Part shown: piece by piece, positions 21,153-30,953 of the stretch
Layout of the letters: every line of letters starts with the position of its first letter
How positions within the stretch are numbered: the stretch's first letter is position 1
DNA from: an uncultured Gammaproteobacteria bacterium
GTDB lineage: Bacteria; Patescibacteriota; Microgenomatia; Levybacterales; GWA1-39-11
Assembly: GCA_964409875.1 (NCBI GenBank)
Contig: CAYPEN010000001.1
Coordinates: 292,275-356,274 of the forward strand
DNA length: 64,000 nt
Direction of reading: 5' to 3'
Notes under the pieces: model-generated
The model's input: only the letters and a program-made list of their open reading frames with translations
Told to the model about the DNA's origin: nothing
Databases searched by the model: none
Translations under genes and position numbers: made by a program

Positions 21153-22336
21153 TATTTCTTTTTTATTCTAACATATTTTCTTTTACCCATTTTAAGAATT
21201 GATTCTTCGGGAAGGTCTTTTGTATTGAAAAAAGGACTATCAATTTTAGTGTCGTTAAACGAGGCTCCGTGTTGTTCAACGAGCCGTTTCCATTCAGACA
21301 TTGAATCAACAAGTCCCCTTTCTATGACAACTTTTGAAAGCGGTTGTCCATTCATAACGACTATCTCTTCGATATCTTTCGGTAGTTCTTTGTTTTGAAC
21401 TATGCTTTCAAAACTTTCTTCTGCTTCTTGTGCCTTCTCTTTACTGTGATACATTTCGACAACAGTTACTGCAAGTTTTTTCTTAAAACTCATAGGGTTT
21501 TCTCCATCTTTTATTTTTTGTTCAATCTCCCGTATTTCTGAAGTAAGCATGTCAGTTGCAAGTGTAAAATATTCAACTATCAATTCGTCTTTTAAAGACA
21601 TTATCTTGCCAAACATTTCATCAGGTCCGTCTGTCAGCCAAATTGCATTCCCCCAAGTCTTACTCATCTTCCGTCCGTCCGTCCCGGAAAGAAAACTATT
21701 CGTCATGACAAAACTTTCCTTGTCTCTCAAGTCCTTGTTGAGTGTTCGGCCAGCTTGCATGTTGAAGGTTTGGTCTGTGCCTCCAAGCTGCAGGTCCGTA
21801 TCTAAATGATAGCTGTCATACCCTTGCATTACGGGATATAGAACCTCATGTAATCCGATTTTTTTCCCTTCGTTAAGACGCTTTTTTATAAGTTCGCGGG
21901 AAATGAAATCACCCAATGTAAAATGCTGGGTAAGTTTTACAATTTCGTCAAACCTTAATTCCGAGAGCCATTGACTATTAAAAAGCAATTTTATTCTAGA
22001 AAAATCCAAGACTTTTTCCGCCTGGGACTTATAGGTTTCTAAATTTTTCTGAATTTCATCTTTTGTTAATTGGGGCCGTTCCGTTTCTTTGTCCGAAGTG
22101 TCGCCGACGAGCGCTGTAAAGTCGCCTACAAGAAATGTTACGTTATGTCCTAATTCGGCGAATTTCTGAAGTTTTCGGAGTGTAACCGCATGCCCTAAAT
22201 GTATGTTGACGGCAGTCGGGTCAATGCCAAGATACACATTAAGCTTTTTGCCCGTGACAAGAACCTTTTTGAGCATATCCGTTGAGGGAATTATATTGGC
22301 AATACCGCGGGTTAGTAATTCTTCAATTTCGTCCAT
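21152..22336 (-). CDS. tyrS: Tyrosine--tRNA ligase
   Basis: GIDPTA, HLGH, YPVMQGYD, GGTDQTFN, KMSKT; C-terminal S4-like domain. Confidence 0.96.
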   Translation of the reverse strand: MDEIEELLTRGIANIIPSTDMLKKVLVTGKKLNVYLGIDPTAVNIHLGHAVTLRKLQKFAELGHNVTFLVGDFTALVGDTSDKETERPQLTKDEIQKNLETYKSQAEKVLDFSRIKLLFNSQWLSELRFDEIVKLTQHFTLGDFISRELIKKRLNEGKKIGLHEVLYPVMQGYDSYHLDTDLQLGGTDQTFNMQAGRTLNKDLRDKESFVMTNSFLSGTDGRKMSKTWGNAIWLTDGPDEMFGKIMSLKDELIVEYFTLATDMLTSEIREIEQKIKDGENPMSFKKKLAVTVVEMYHSKEKAQEAEESFESIVQNKELPKDIEEIVVMNGQPLSKVVIERGLVDSMSEWKRLVEQHGASFNDTKIDSPFFNTKDLPEESILKMGKRKYVRIKKK

Positions 22337-22401
22337 ACAACGATTATAACAGTGTCATTGTTTTTAGTTCAACTTCCGGTCTGTTATACTAGCAAAAAAC
22401 A

Positions 22402-22857
22402 ATGGCAAAACCGGGAATTGATTTTATTGGGATAACCACTCCTTTCTATTGCGTTGATGGATGTGGACATTTACTAATGCACAAGAGAAGTAAAAATTGC
22501 AGGGACGAAAAGGGTCGCTGGGATACAGGCGCCGGGCAACTTGATTTTGGGGAAGAGGTTGAAAAAGGAGTATTAAGGGAGGTAAAAGAAGAATATGGAT
22601 GTAGCGGCCGAATATTGGTACAAGTTCCACCCCACTCAGTTATCAGGGTTCAGAATGGGGTCAAAACACATTGGCTTGCCATTCCTCATATCGTGCTTGT
22701 TGACCCGAAAAAAGTAAAAAACAAAGAGCCCCATAAAATAGACGAGTTGGGATGGTTTTCTCTTGATGCTCTACCCTCCCCACTCCATTCTGCATTTAGA
22801 AGATATATTGTAAATACTGAACGGATTTTATTGCTCAAAAAGCACATAGGAGAGTGA
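22402..22857 (+). CDS. NUDIX hydrolase
   Basis: Nudix box GQLDFGEEVEKGVLREVKEEYG. Confidence 0.88.
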   Translation: MAKPGIDFIGITTPFYCVDGCGHLLMHKRSKNCRDEKGRWDTGAGQLDFGEEVEKGVLREVKEEYGCSGRILVQVPPHSVIRVQNGVKTHWLAIPHIVLVDPKKVKNKEPHKIDELGWFSLDALPSPLHSAFRRYIVNTERILLLKKHIGE

Positions 22858-22976
22858 AAAATGGTACAATAAATGCTATGCTGCATCATAGTTTTTATAT
22901 AAATCTGTGATGCAATTGTCACACAGGTATTACTGTTTTGTTAACTGCAAAACTGCAATACACTAACTCAATATAT

Positions 22977-25343
22977 ATGTATTACAGCAGACTGCGAAGG
23001 ACGTCGCAACGCCGTCGGTCTTCATTTTTTTCCGGTAAAGCAGCTTTTTTAGAGGCAAGACTTGCTAAATTTGCTTTCTTCGGACTTATAGGAATTATTA
23101 TCCTCGGCTTTTTGTATGTACTGTGGGTGAGCCGGGATTTACCTACTCCGGGGCGATTGGCAAACGGCAATATAAAAGATTCAACCCGGATTCTGGATAA
23201 GAATGGCAAGCTTCTCTACTCTTTTTATAAGGATTATAACCGTATCTATGTGCCGCTAGACCAGATACCACAAAACTTACGCAATGCGACAATTGCGACT
23301 GAAGACAAGAACTTTTACCGGAACAAAGGATTTTCGATAACCGGCATTTTAAGGGGTGTTGTTCTCGACCCTCTTCTGCGAAAAAGAGCGACAGGAGGTT
23401 CCACAATTACCCAGCAATTAGTAAAAATTGCATTGCTCTCTTCAGAAAGGAGCGTAACGCGTAAGTTAAAAGAGCTTATTCTTGCAGTCCAGGTTGACAA
23501 TAAATATTCAAAAGACCAAATTTTGGAAATGTATTTAAATAACATTCCCTATGGGGGAACGGCTGTTGGAATCGAGGCGGCAAGTAATTTATATTTCAAT
23601 AAGCACGCAAAAGACTTAACGCTTGCTGAGAGTGCTTTTTTGGCCGGACTCCCGCAGCTTCCCACGTATTATTCCCCCTATTCCAACCCTGACAAAACAT
23701 ATATCGGAAGGTCTGAGGATGTTTTAAATAGAATGAAAAGCGAGGGTTATATCTCGCAAAAGCAGGTGGATGAAAGCCTTAAGGCAATTAAAGGTTTTAC
23801 CTTCAAAGAACGTCGCACAGAGGCGATAAAGGCCCCTCATTTCGTCATGTATGTGAGGCAGCAGGTTGCCGAAATGTTCGGGGAAAATTACGTTAATAAC
23901 GGAAACCTCACGATAAAAACGACTCTTGATTCTGATATTCAGAGCGACAGTGAGGATATCGTCAGTAAGGAATTTGAGAACTTTAAAAATTATAAAGTCA
24001 AAAACGCCGCAGTTATGGTTTTGGACGTTAAGACCGGAGGAATACTGGCGATGATAGGAAGCCGTGATTATTTCAACGAGGATATAGACGGACAATTCAA
24101 CGCTGCAACTGCTCTTCGCCAGCCAGGTTCATCCCTCAAGCCTATTATGTATGCAACGGCATTTGAAAAGGGGTACACCCCGGCAACTCTTGTTATGGAT
24201 GTAAAGACCGACTTTCCAGTCAATGACGGCTCTGGAAACAACAATATGTATACGCCGGTGAATTACGATGGTAAATACAGAGGGCCTGTCCAGTTGCGCT
24301 TTGCATTAGGAAATTCTCTCAATGTGCCTGCTGTAAAGATGCTGGCCAGAGTCGGTGTCAAGCCTGTCATGCAAAAGGCATACGACATGGGAATCCTCAA
24401 CTGGGAGCCAACTTCCGATCACCTGCGCAATGTTGGTCTTTCTTTGGTTCTTGGAGGAAGGGAGGCCTCTCTAGTGCAGATAACATCTGCATACTCGGTA
24501 TTCGCCCGCGGTGGGGAAAGGAGAGAAACGTATGGCATTGAAGAGGTAGATGATACACATGGCAAAGTACTCTACAAGCATCAAGACAAAGGACAACAGC
24601 GGGTACTCACAAAGGAAGTAGCTTTTTTGATTTCCCATATTTTGCTTGACAATAATGCGCGAATGGATGCTTTCGGACCGAATTCATGGCTGGTTGTTGC
24701 GGGAAGAACTGTTGCGGTTAAAACAGGAACTACCGACCAAAAGCGCGATAACTGGACAATCGGATATACTCCCTCATATGCCGTCGGAGTATGGGTTGGT
24801 AACAATGACAATACTCCACTCGACCCCCGCATTGCATCCGGTATTACAGGCGCGTCTCCTATTTGGAATAAAGTAATGGCACGAGTTCTAAAAGGAACAC
24901 CGAGGGAAGAATTCCAAAAACCGGACAATGTCATAGACAAACAAATCGATGCATTTTCAGGAGGTCTTCCTATTGATGGCCAGAGCACGAGAGTAGAATA
25001 TTTTGTGAAAGGGACCGAACCTACGACCAAATCTCCTATATATAAGACGCTAAAGATGTCCCGGCACGATGGAGGCAAGCTCGCGTCCGATGAAGAAGTA
25101 TCTCGCAATGATTATGACACTATGGATGTAATCAATTTCACAGAGGACGACCCCGTTTCAACCGATGGGAAAAATAGATGGCAGGAGGCGATTGATGCGT
25201 GGGTTGGAGAACACTATAAAGACGATGGAAAATACAAGCGACCGACTGAGAAGTCGAATTACCATTACGATAATAATAACAATAATAACCCCACGCCTAC
25301 CCCTACTCCGACCTCGAGTCCCACTCCAAGCCCAACGCCTTGA
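22977..25343 (+). CDS. Class A penicillin-binding protein (transglycosylase/transpeptidase)
   Basis: TM helix, EDKNFY, GGSTITQQL, RKLKE; SSLK, SLN and KTGT motifs; poly-N and (PT)n tail. Confidence 0.94.
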   Translation: MYYSRLRRTSQRRRSSFFSGKAAFLEARLAKFAFFGLIGIIILGFLYVLWVSRDLPTPGRLANGNIKDSTRILDKNGKLLYSFYKDYNRIYVPLDQIPQNLRNATIATEDKNFYRNKGFSITGILRGVVLDPLLRKRATGGSTITQQLVKIALLSSERSVTRKLKELILAVQVDNKYSKDQILEMYLNNIPYGGTAVGIEAASNLYFNKHAKDLTLAESAFLAGLPQLPTYYSPYSNPDKTYIGRSEDVLNRMKSEGYISQKQVDESLKAIKGFTFKERRTEAIKAPHFVMYVRQQVAEMFGENYVNNGNLTIKTTLDSDIQSDSEDIVSKEFENFKNYKVKNAAVMVLDVKTGGILAMIGSRDYFNEDIDGQFNAATALRQPGSSLKPIMYATAFEKGYTPATLVMDVKTDFPVNDGSGNNNMYTPVNYDGKYRGPVQLRFALGNSLNVPAVKMLARVGVKPVMQKAYDMGILNWEPTSDHLRNVGLSLVLGGREASLVQITSAYSVFARGGERRETYGIEEVDDTHGKVLYKHQDKGQQRVLTKEVAFLISHILLDNNARMDAFGPNSWLVVAGRTVAVKTGTTDQKRDNWTIGYTPSYAVGVWVGNNDNTPLDPRIASGITGASPIWNKVMARVLKGTPREEFQKPDNVIDKQIDAFSGGLPIDGQSTRVEYFVKGTEPTTKSPIYKTLKMSRHDGGKLASDEEVSRNDYDTMDVINFTEDDPVSTDGKNRWQEAIDAWVGEHYKDDGKYKRPTEKSNYHYDNNNNNNPTPTPTPTSSPTPSPTP

Positions 25344-25375
25344 CAGGCACCCTCTCTATGGAGTTCACTTAAAGT

Positions 25376-26413
25376 ATGGGAATGTTTGATTTCTTGGTTT
25401 TAAAACAGGAGAATTCTTTGCAGGAAAAAGACAGTGAAAATATGGGCGATGGAGGAATTGTAAAAAATGCAACATTTGTCCGTTACGAAAAGAACCCTAT
25501 TATTGCTCCCGACCCAAATGTTTCATGGAGGTCAGTTGCAACATACAACCCAGCTGTTATATATCTTGAAAGGAAAGTGCACCTTTTGTATAGGGCTCAA
25601 GGAAAAGATAAGGTTTCTACGCTCGGATATGCTTCAAGCACCGATGGGTTCACATTCACTGATTTTTCAGAAAAGCCGGTATATACTCCCCGGGAGCCTT
25701 ACGAGATGATGACAACACCCGGTTGGAATTCTGGATGCGAGGACCCGCGTATTACAAAGATAAATGGAAGACTTTATTTGACGTACACTGCATATGATGG
25801 AGCCAATCCTCCCCGTGTTGCTCTTTCTTCAATCTCCGTTTCAGATTTTTTGGAGAAAAAATGGAGCTGGTCAATGCCGAAGCTTATCTCTCCTCCCGGG
25901 GTAGATGACAAAGACTGTTGCATTATAGAAAAAGCAAAAGGTGCCGGGCTAGTGGCTTTTCACAGGCTCGGAAATGTTATTTGGCTTGATAGCCTGAGGG
26001 ATTTGAATTTTCCAAGAGAAAAATTCCTCACAGGCGGAATCATGGCACAAGCGAGAGCGGATTTTTGGGACAACGTAAAGATTGGTATTGCGGGCCCACC
26101 CATAGAAACATCCCGTGGATGGTTGCTTTTCTATCATGCGGTATCAAATCCGGGATTTTTCTATAAAATCGGGGCGATGCTTTTGGATTTTGATGATCCC
26201 AGGATTATTCTTATGAGAAGTACCCGTCCGCTTCTTGAACCGGAAATGCCGTATGAGAAAGAGGGTCAGGTTAAAAATATCGTTTTTTCATGTGGTGCTG
26301 CTGTTCTTGGTGGGACGGTATTTTTGTACTACGGCGGGGGCGACACAGTGGTGTGTCTTGCAACAATGAAACTGACTGACGTTTTGGATTCTTTGGAGAG
26401 ATACCACGATTAG
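25376..26413 (+). CDS. GH130-family glycosidase/glycoside phosphorylase
   Basis: NPII, YNPAV, LLYRA, GCEDPR, YEKEGQVKNIVFSCGA, YYGGGD. Confidence 0.85.
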   Translation: MGMFDFLVLKQENSLQEKDSENMGDGGIVKNATFVRYEKNPIIAPDPNVSWRSVATYNPAVIYLERKVHLLYRAQGKDKVSTLGYASSTDGFTFTDFSEKPVYTPREPYEMMTTPGWNSGCEDPRITKINGRLYLTYTAYDGANPPRVALSSISVSDFLEKKWSWSMPKLISPPGVDDKDCCIIEKAKGAGLVAFHRLGNVIWLDSLRDLNFPREKFLTGGIMAQARADFWDNVKIGIAGPPIETSRGWLLFYHAVSNPGFFYKIGAMLLDFDDPRIILMRSTRPLLEPEMPYEKEGQVKNIVFSCGAAVLGGTVFLYYGGGDTVVCLATMKLTDVLDSLERYHD

Positions 26414-26457
26414 AATTTTTGCTCGCTTCAAAATGCGTAATTTGCTATAGTAATAAT

Positions 26458-27255
26458 ATGTTTCGAAAGCTTTTTGTTGTTTTCTTTTTCCTACTTTTTT
26501 TTCTTCAAGCGCCGTTCCTTTATGCCCAATCGCCTACTCCGCGCCAGGAAGTAAATGGTGCGGCGACTCTTGGGGTCGCCCACATGGTTGAAGTTGCAAA
26601 AAAAGATGTGCCAGATGGAAGCATTCTTTCATCAGGAACAAAAGGAGCAATTCAGACCGTTGTTCCTTACGACTCGCAAGTTTTGGGCGTTGTGTCTCGT
26701 GATGCTGCTATTATTTTCAATACGGCAACAGCAACAAATATTGTTCCTGTCATTTCTACCGGCACGGTATATGTATTGGTCAATTCCAGTGAAGGAACCA
26801 TCAAAAAGGGAGACCTTCTGACTTCATCGACTACCCCTGGTGTTGCTGTAAAGGCGACAAAAGAAGGTTTTGTTTTGGGGAGTGCGATGGAGGATTATGC
26901 CAACTCCGACAAAAAAAAGGTGGATAAAATTGCCGCAAACCTTGACCTTCATTACTTCAATTCAAAGCCCACTTTCCCCGGAACGCTCTCAGATGTATTT
27001 AAGTTGGTTCTGCTGCCCACCAAAGAAGGACCAAATCCAGTTTTTAAGTACATCATGGCAGGTTTAGTTGTATTGGGTTCTATGATTCTTGCTTTCTTAA
27101 GTTTTGGAAGAGCTGCAGCCAAAGGTGTTGAGGCACTAGGTCGTAATCCAGCTGCATCCCGCATCATACATCTTGGAATTATTTTTAATGTCACAATAGT
27201 TGTTGCTATTGCCGCTGCCGGACTTGTCGTGGCATTTTTAATCCTCCGTTTGTAA
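26458..27255 (+). CDS. Signal peptide, beta-rich domain and C-terminal ATP synthase subunit c-like hairpin lacking the carboxylate
   Basis: Signal peptide MFRKLFVVFFFLLFFLQAPFLYA; beta domain YDSQVLGVVS...PV..G.V.V...GTIKKGDLLTSSTTPGVAVKAT; C-terminal GRAAAKGVEALGRNPAA between two TM helices. Confidence 0.75.
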   Translation: MFRKLFVVFFFLLFFLQAPFLYAQSPTPRQEVNGAATLGVAHMVEVAKKDVPDGSILSSGTKGAIQTVVPYDSQVLGVVSRDAAIIFNTATATNIVPVISTGTVYVLVNSSEGTIKKGDLLTSSTTPGVAVKATKEGFVLGSAMEDYANSDKKKVDKIAANLDLHYFNSKPTFPGTLSDVFKLVLLPTKEGPNPVFKYIMAGLVVLGSMILAFLSFGRAAAKGVEALGRNPAASRIIHLGIIFNVTIVVAIAAAGLVVAFLILRL

Positions 27256-27343
27256 TAGTTAAGAAAGAAGTTGACTCATTTTCGTTCTCGCTGGATTGGT
27301 GTGGTTTTTGCACCTCGGGGTGTACATGTAGTAATAAGGATAT

Positions 27344-27871
27344 TTATAGCAGTTTTCTTATTTTCGAGGTCAGTTGGTCTATCGGTCCGTTGTTGTCGAT
27401 GACGATTACTCCCTCTACATCACAACTTGTGAATGTATACTCTTCATCTTTTTTAAGCAATTTCTCAAGGTCTCCTTTGTCTATGTCTTTCCGTCTTTCA
27501 ATAATTCTTCCCACACGGATGTCTTTCTCAGCGTCAATGTAAAGGGATAAAATGTCAGGGTATCTTTTTCTCAAATATTCTGCCTCAGTCCTATCTCTCG
27601 ACCCATCAAACACTACTCTATCACTTTCATTTGCCAACTCAACTATTCTTCGGGCGACGATATCATTTCCTTGGTATCTCTTGAGGTTGTCATAGACGGC
27701 GTTCATGTTTTACCGATTTAACTCCAGTCCTTGAGCTACTGTTTCCTCTCTTACGATCTGTGAAAGATTGAGGACAGTAAACTTATAATTGTTCTGTAAA
27801 TAATTGGCAACTGTACTTTTTCCTCCACCCATCGGTCCAAGCAAGTGAATTTTGGTAATTTTTGATTCCAT
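27344..27871 (-). pseudogene. P-loop kinase (dephospho-CoA/nucleotide kinase-like, UPF0200-type) interrupted by an in-frame TAA
   Basis: ATG 27871 MESKITKIHLLGPMGGGKSTVA...IVREE...LNR, TAA at 27710-27712, then the same frame continues NMNAVYD...VVFDGSR...IDNNG. Confidence 0.75.
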
Positions 27872-28022
27872 CCCGCAATTATATCATTTGCAAATTATAG
27901 GATGAAGTGGTTTGCAGAAAATAAAAAGTTATAGGCCTAATAGCTTCAAATCTAATTTCTTTCTTCCGCTATATATACTGACATCTTCACAAAAGCTTCA
28001 ATTTACCTTACTATGTATCTAT

Positions 28023-28757
28023 ATGCCTGCCCTGTTGTTTCAGGTTATTACTGTTGTGTTTGACCTGTCGGTAATAGTCTTTGTTGCCGTCTATGTAATG
28101 GGCGTCAGAAAGAAGGAAAAGGACGTTGACAAGAAGGAAGGAAAAATCGAGCACGATTACCAGGCAATAGTCGAGCAAAGCAGGACACAGGAGCGGCAAA
28201 TAATTGAAAATGCGATGTCCCAATCAAATCAAATGATGCAGATAGCAACGCACCAGGCCAACCAAATTCTTGCTGGTACACAGTTCATGACCCAGTCCAC
28301 AAGGACAACGCTTGAAGCGGCGCTTCAAAAGATGGTTGTAGAGGTGCAAAATACGGGTTCCAACTCAAAGATAGCACTTGAGCAATCCTTGCAAAAAATA
28401 ATTAATGATGTACATAAAGAAGCGTTTAATTCGGGAAATGAAGCGGCATCGCACTATCAGGCGTCATTAAAACAAATAACTTCCGTGTCTCTTACAGGTT
28501 TTCAAAATGTTACCAATCAACTCGAGCTTTCACTTCAACAGCAGATTAAAGAATTCAGGACTACTTTACTTGCCAACCTTGAGAAAGAGGTTGAAAGTTA
28601 TAAACAGTCAAAAATTCACCGGATTGACCAGGCATCGAGCATCATTGTCCAAAGGGTTGCGCAAGAAGTGTTAAATAAATCACTTACACTTGATGACCAT
28701 GAGAATCTTGTCATCCAATCGCTTGAGAAGGCAAAGAAGGAAGGAGTATTCGACTAA
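28023..28757 (+). CDS. atpF: Elongated ATP synthase subunit b-like protein
   Basis: N-terminal TM helix, long Q/E/K coiled coil, C-terminal VAQEVLNKSLTLDDHENLVIQSL typical of subunit b; precedes delta. Confidence 0.65.
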   Translation: MPALLFQVITVVFDLSVIVFVAVYVMGVRKKEKDVDKKEGKIEHDYQAIVEQSRTQERQIIENAMSQSNQMMQIATHQANQILAGTQFMTQSTRTTLEAALQKMVVEVQNTGSNSKIALEQSLQKIINDVHKEAFNSGNEAASHYQASLKQITSVSLTGFQNVTNQLELSLQQQIKEFRTTLLANLEKEVESYKQSKIHRIDQASSIIVQRVAQEVLNKSLTLDDHENLVIQSLEKAKKEGVFD

Positions 28758-29284
28758 TGGAAACAATTGACCTTTCGGACCTGTTCCACACAAAAGCTCA
28801 AGCTGGCGATTTTTCTGCTCGGCTTGCAGTTATCACAAAAAAAATATTTGAGACAAGCTTTAATCCGGAAGCAGCGCTTCTTGAAAGCTTTGGAATAAAG
28901 AAGAAAGACACCCTTATGACGCTTCTTCGCAACAACAATATCAACCCCGAGTCCCGTCTTGCGATAAAAGAATTTTTTGAGAAAATCCAACAAAAAATTA
29001 CTTCCCTTCCCGTTCTCTCCATTATTCTTGCCTTTGAACCGAAGGAAGCGACTTTAAGAACGCTCTCAAGTTGGTTTGTGCTTAATACCAACAAGCAAGT
29101 CCTTTTTGATATTTCGGTTGATACGGCTCTTATCGGTGGTGCTGCAATATATTCCAACGGGAAATATCTTGATTTTTCAATACGCTCTGTATTTCATAAA
29201 GCCGCAAATGACATAGCAGTTATGAATGGACTTGTCCCCCAACAAGCAAATCAGGTAGCTTCCAGAAAGGACACAAACGCATGA
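28757..29284 (+). CDS. atpH: ATP synthase delta-like subunit (divergent)
   Basis: C-terminal VDTALIGGAAIYSNGKYLDFSIR (OSCP/delta signature); operon position. Confidence 0.75.
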   Translation: METIDLSDLFHTKAQAGDFSARLAVITKKIFETSFNPEAALLESFGIKKKDTLMTLLRNNNINPESRLAIKEFFEKIQQKITSLPVLSIILAFEPKEATLRTLSSWFVLNTNKQVLFDISVDTALIGGAAIYSNGKYLDFSIRSVFHKAANDIAVMNGLVPQQANQVASRKDTNA

Positions 29285-30756
29285 ATAACGAATTTCAGAC
29301 ACTTTTACAGAAAGCAGGAGAATACGGCATCGTCTATCAGGTGAGCCATCCTATTGTTTTTATTGAAGGACTGCCGAAAGTAAGAACGCATGAGGTAATT
29401 ATTTTTGAAACAGGACAAAAGGCTGAAGTATTTACTATCAATAGAGGTAAAATTGAGGCCCGTGTATTTTCCCATGAGCCTGTTAAGGTTGGAACGATGG
29501 CGACTCGTACCGGGGCTATTCTTGCTGTTCCGGTCGGACCAGAGCTTTTGGGACATACAATTGACCCTTTGGGCGATCTACTTGACCCATCAATAAAGTA
29601 TACAAAACCAGCCACAAGCCGTGACATGGATGCAAAGCCTATTGGTATTTCGGGAAGGCAAAAAATAACAAAGCATCTGGTAACCGGCATTTCACTTATC
29701 GATTTGCTGGTGCCATTAGGGCGCGGGCAGCGGGAACTTATTATTGGAGACAGGAAAACAGGTAAAACTTCAGTTTTGATGACAACTATCAAAAGCCAAA
29801 TCTTTGAAGGAAATATTGTTATTTATGCAGCAATAGCAAAGAAAAAAAGCGATATAAAAAGGCTTCAGGAATTTTTCGAGGCAGAAAAAATAATGGACAA
29901 AATAATAATTGTCGCAACCAGTTCTTATGACTCCCCAACTCTTATCTACCAAACACCATATGCGGCAATGACTATTGCTGAATATTTCCGCGACCAGGGA
30001 GTCAACACGATAGTTGTTCTTGACGATCTTTCAAATCACGCAAAGTTTTACCGTGAGCTGTCTCTTCTTGCCCGCCGCTTCCCGGGCCGCGATTCGTATC
30101 CGGGAGACATTTTTTATGCCCATTCAAAACTCCTGGAGCGGGCTGGAAATTTCAAACACCCAAAAACCGGCGAGGTAGCAATTACGTGCCTTCCTGTTAT
30201 TGAGATTATTGAAGGAGACTTTACTGGCTATATTTCTACAAATGTCATGGGAATAACCGACGGCCACATTTATCTAGATGCAAATATTTATTATCAAGGG
30301 ATGCGGCCTGCAGTCAATATTCCGCTTTCAGTGACGAGGGTCGGAAGACAAACACTAGATAAATTGTCCCGGGATATTAATAAGGACTTGACTGCATTTC
30401 TGACTGAATTTAATAGGTTGCAGAATATTTCCCATTTCGGGCAGGAATTAACTGATGACGTAAAGAAGAACCTGCGTCTTGGCGAGCTTGTCAATAAATT
30501 TTTCAGTCAACCGTACGAGGAAATTGTTCCCCAGAAAGTGCAGGTTGTTATTATCTCTCTTATCCTTCAGAATGTAATCCAGACGAAAGAAGAGCTCGAA
30601 GAAACGAAGAAATTTCTTATTGCCGTTTACTACGACCGTGCAAGGCAGAAAATACTGTATGATATTACTAACACAAATGACATTAAAGTTTTTCATGAGA
30701 ACGTAATGAAGAACAAAGAACACCTTATGCCGCAAAAATCAGCGGTGAAAAATTAA
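29281..30756 (+). CDS. atpA: F1 ATPase subunit alpha (divergent termini)
   Basis: GRGQRELIIGDRKTGKT, PGRDSYPGDIFY.HS.LLER, ITDGHI, LSVTRVG (Arg finger). Confidence 0.93.
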   Translation: MNNEFQTLLQKAGEYGIVYQVSHPIVFIEGLPKVRTHEVIIFETGQKAEVFTINRGKIEARVFSHEPVKVGTMATRTGAILAVPVGPELLGHTIDPLGDLLDPSIKYTKPATSRDMDAKPIGISGRQKITKHLVTGISLIDLLVPLGRGQRELIIGDRKTGKTSVLMTTIKSQIFEGNIVIYAAIAKKKSDIKRLQEFFEAEKIMDKIIIVATSSYDSPTLIYQTPYAAMTIAEYFRDQGVNTIVVLDDLSNHAKFYRELSLLARRFPGRDSYPGDIFYAHSKLLERAGNFKHPKTGEVAITCLPVIEIIEGDFTGYISTNVMGITDGHIYLDANIYYQGMRPAVNIPLSVTRVGRQTLDKLSRDINKDLTAFLTEFNRLQNISHFGQELTDDVKKNLRLGELVNKFFSQPYEEIVPQKVQVVIISLILQNVIQTKEELEETKKFLIAVYYDRARQKILYDITNTNDIKVFHENVMKNKEHLMPQKSAVKN

Positions 30757-30953
30757 CTATGCCACAAAGAAAAATAAGCAAAGCTTGTTTCTCTTTGTTT
30801 GAGATAAAGACGTAATATATTGTAAAGAAAAATAAGCAAAGCTTGTTTCTCTTTGTTTGAGATAAGGACGTAATATGTTGTAAAGAAAAATAAGCAAAGC
30901 TTGTTTCTCTTTGTTTGAGATTATAAAAAATTAACTATGCCACAAAGAAAAAT
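30748..30953. repeat. Three 40-bp hairpin repeats (58-bp period) flanked by a 28-bp direct repeat containing the atpG start
   Basis: aaagaaaaataagcaaagcttgtttctctttgtttgagat at 30766, 30824 and 30882; aaaaattaactatgccacaaagaaaaat at 30748-30775 and 30926-30953. Confidence 0.9.

Noticed and set aside
22906-22923. TGTGA-N8-TCACA dyad upstream of the PBP gene as a CRP site
   Set aside because: CRP needs a 6-nt spacer; single occurrence with no further support
25270-25340. (AAT/AAC)n and Pro-Thr repeats
   Set aside because: Ordinary low-complexity C-terminal tail of the PBP
27710-27712. Stop-codon reassignment as an explanation for the in-frame stop
   Set aside because: It is TAA, and TAA, TAG and TGA all terminate well-recognised genes in this window, so code 11 holds
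30766-30921. Possible CRISPR array (three identical 40-bp palindromic repeats)
   Set aside because: The linkers are only 18 bp and 16/18 identical to each other, and there are no cas genes in the window; it is a tandem repeat
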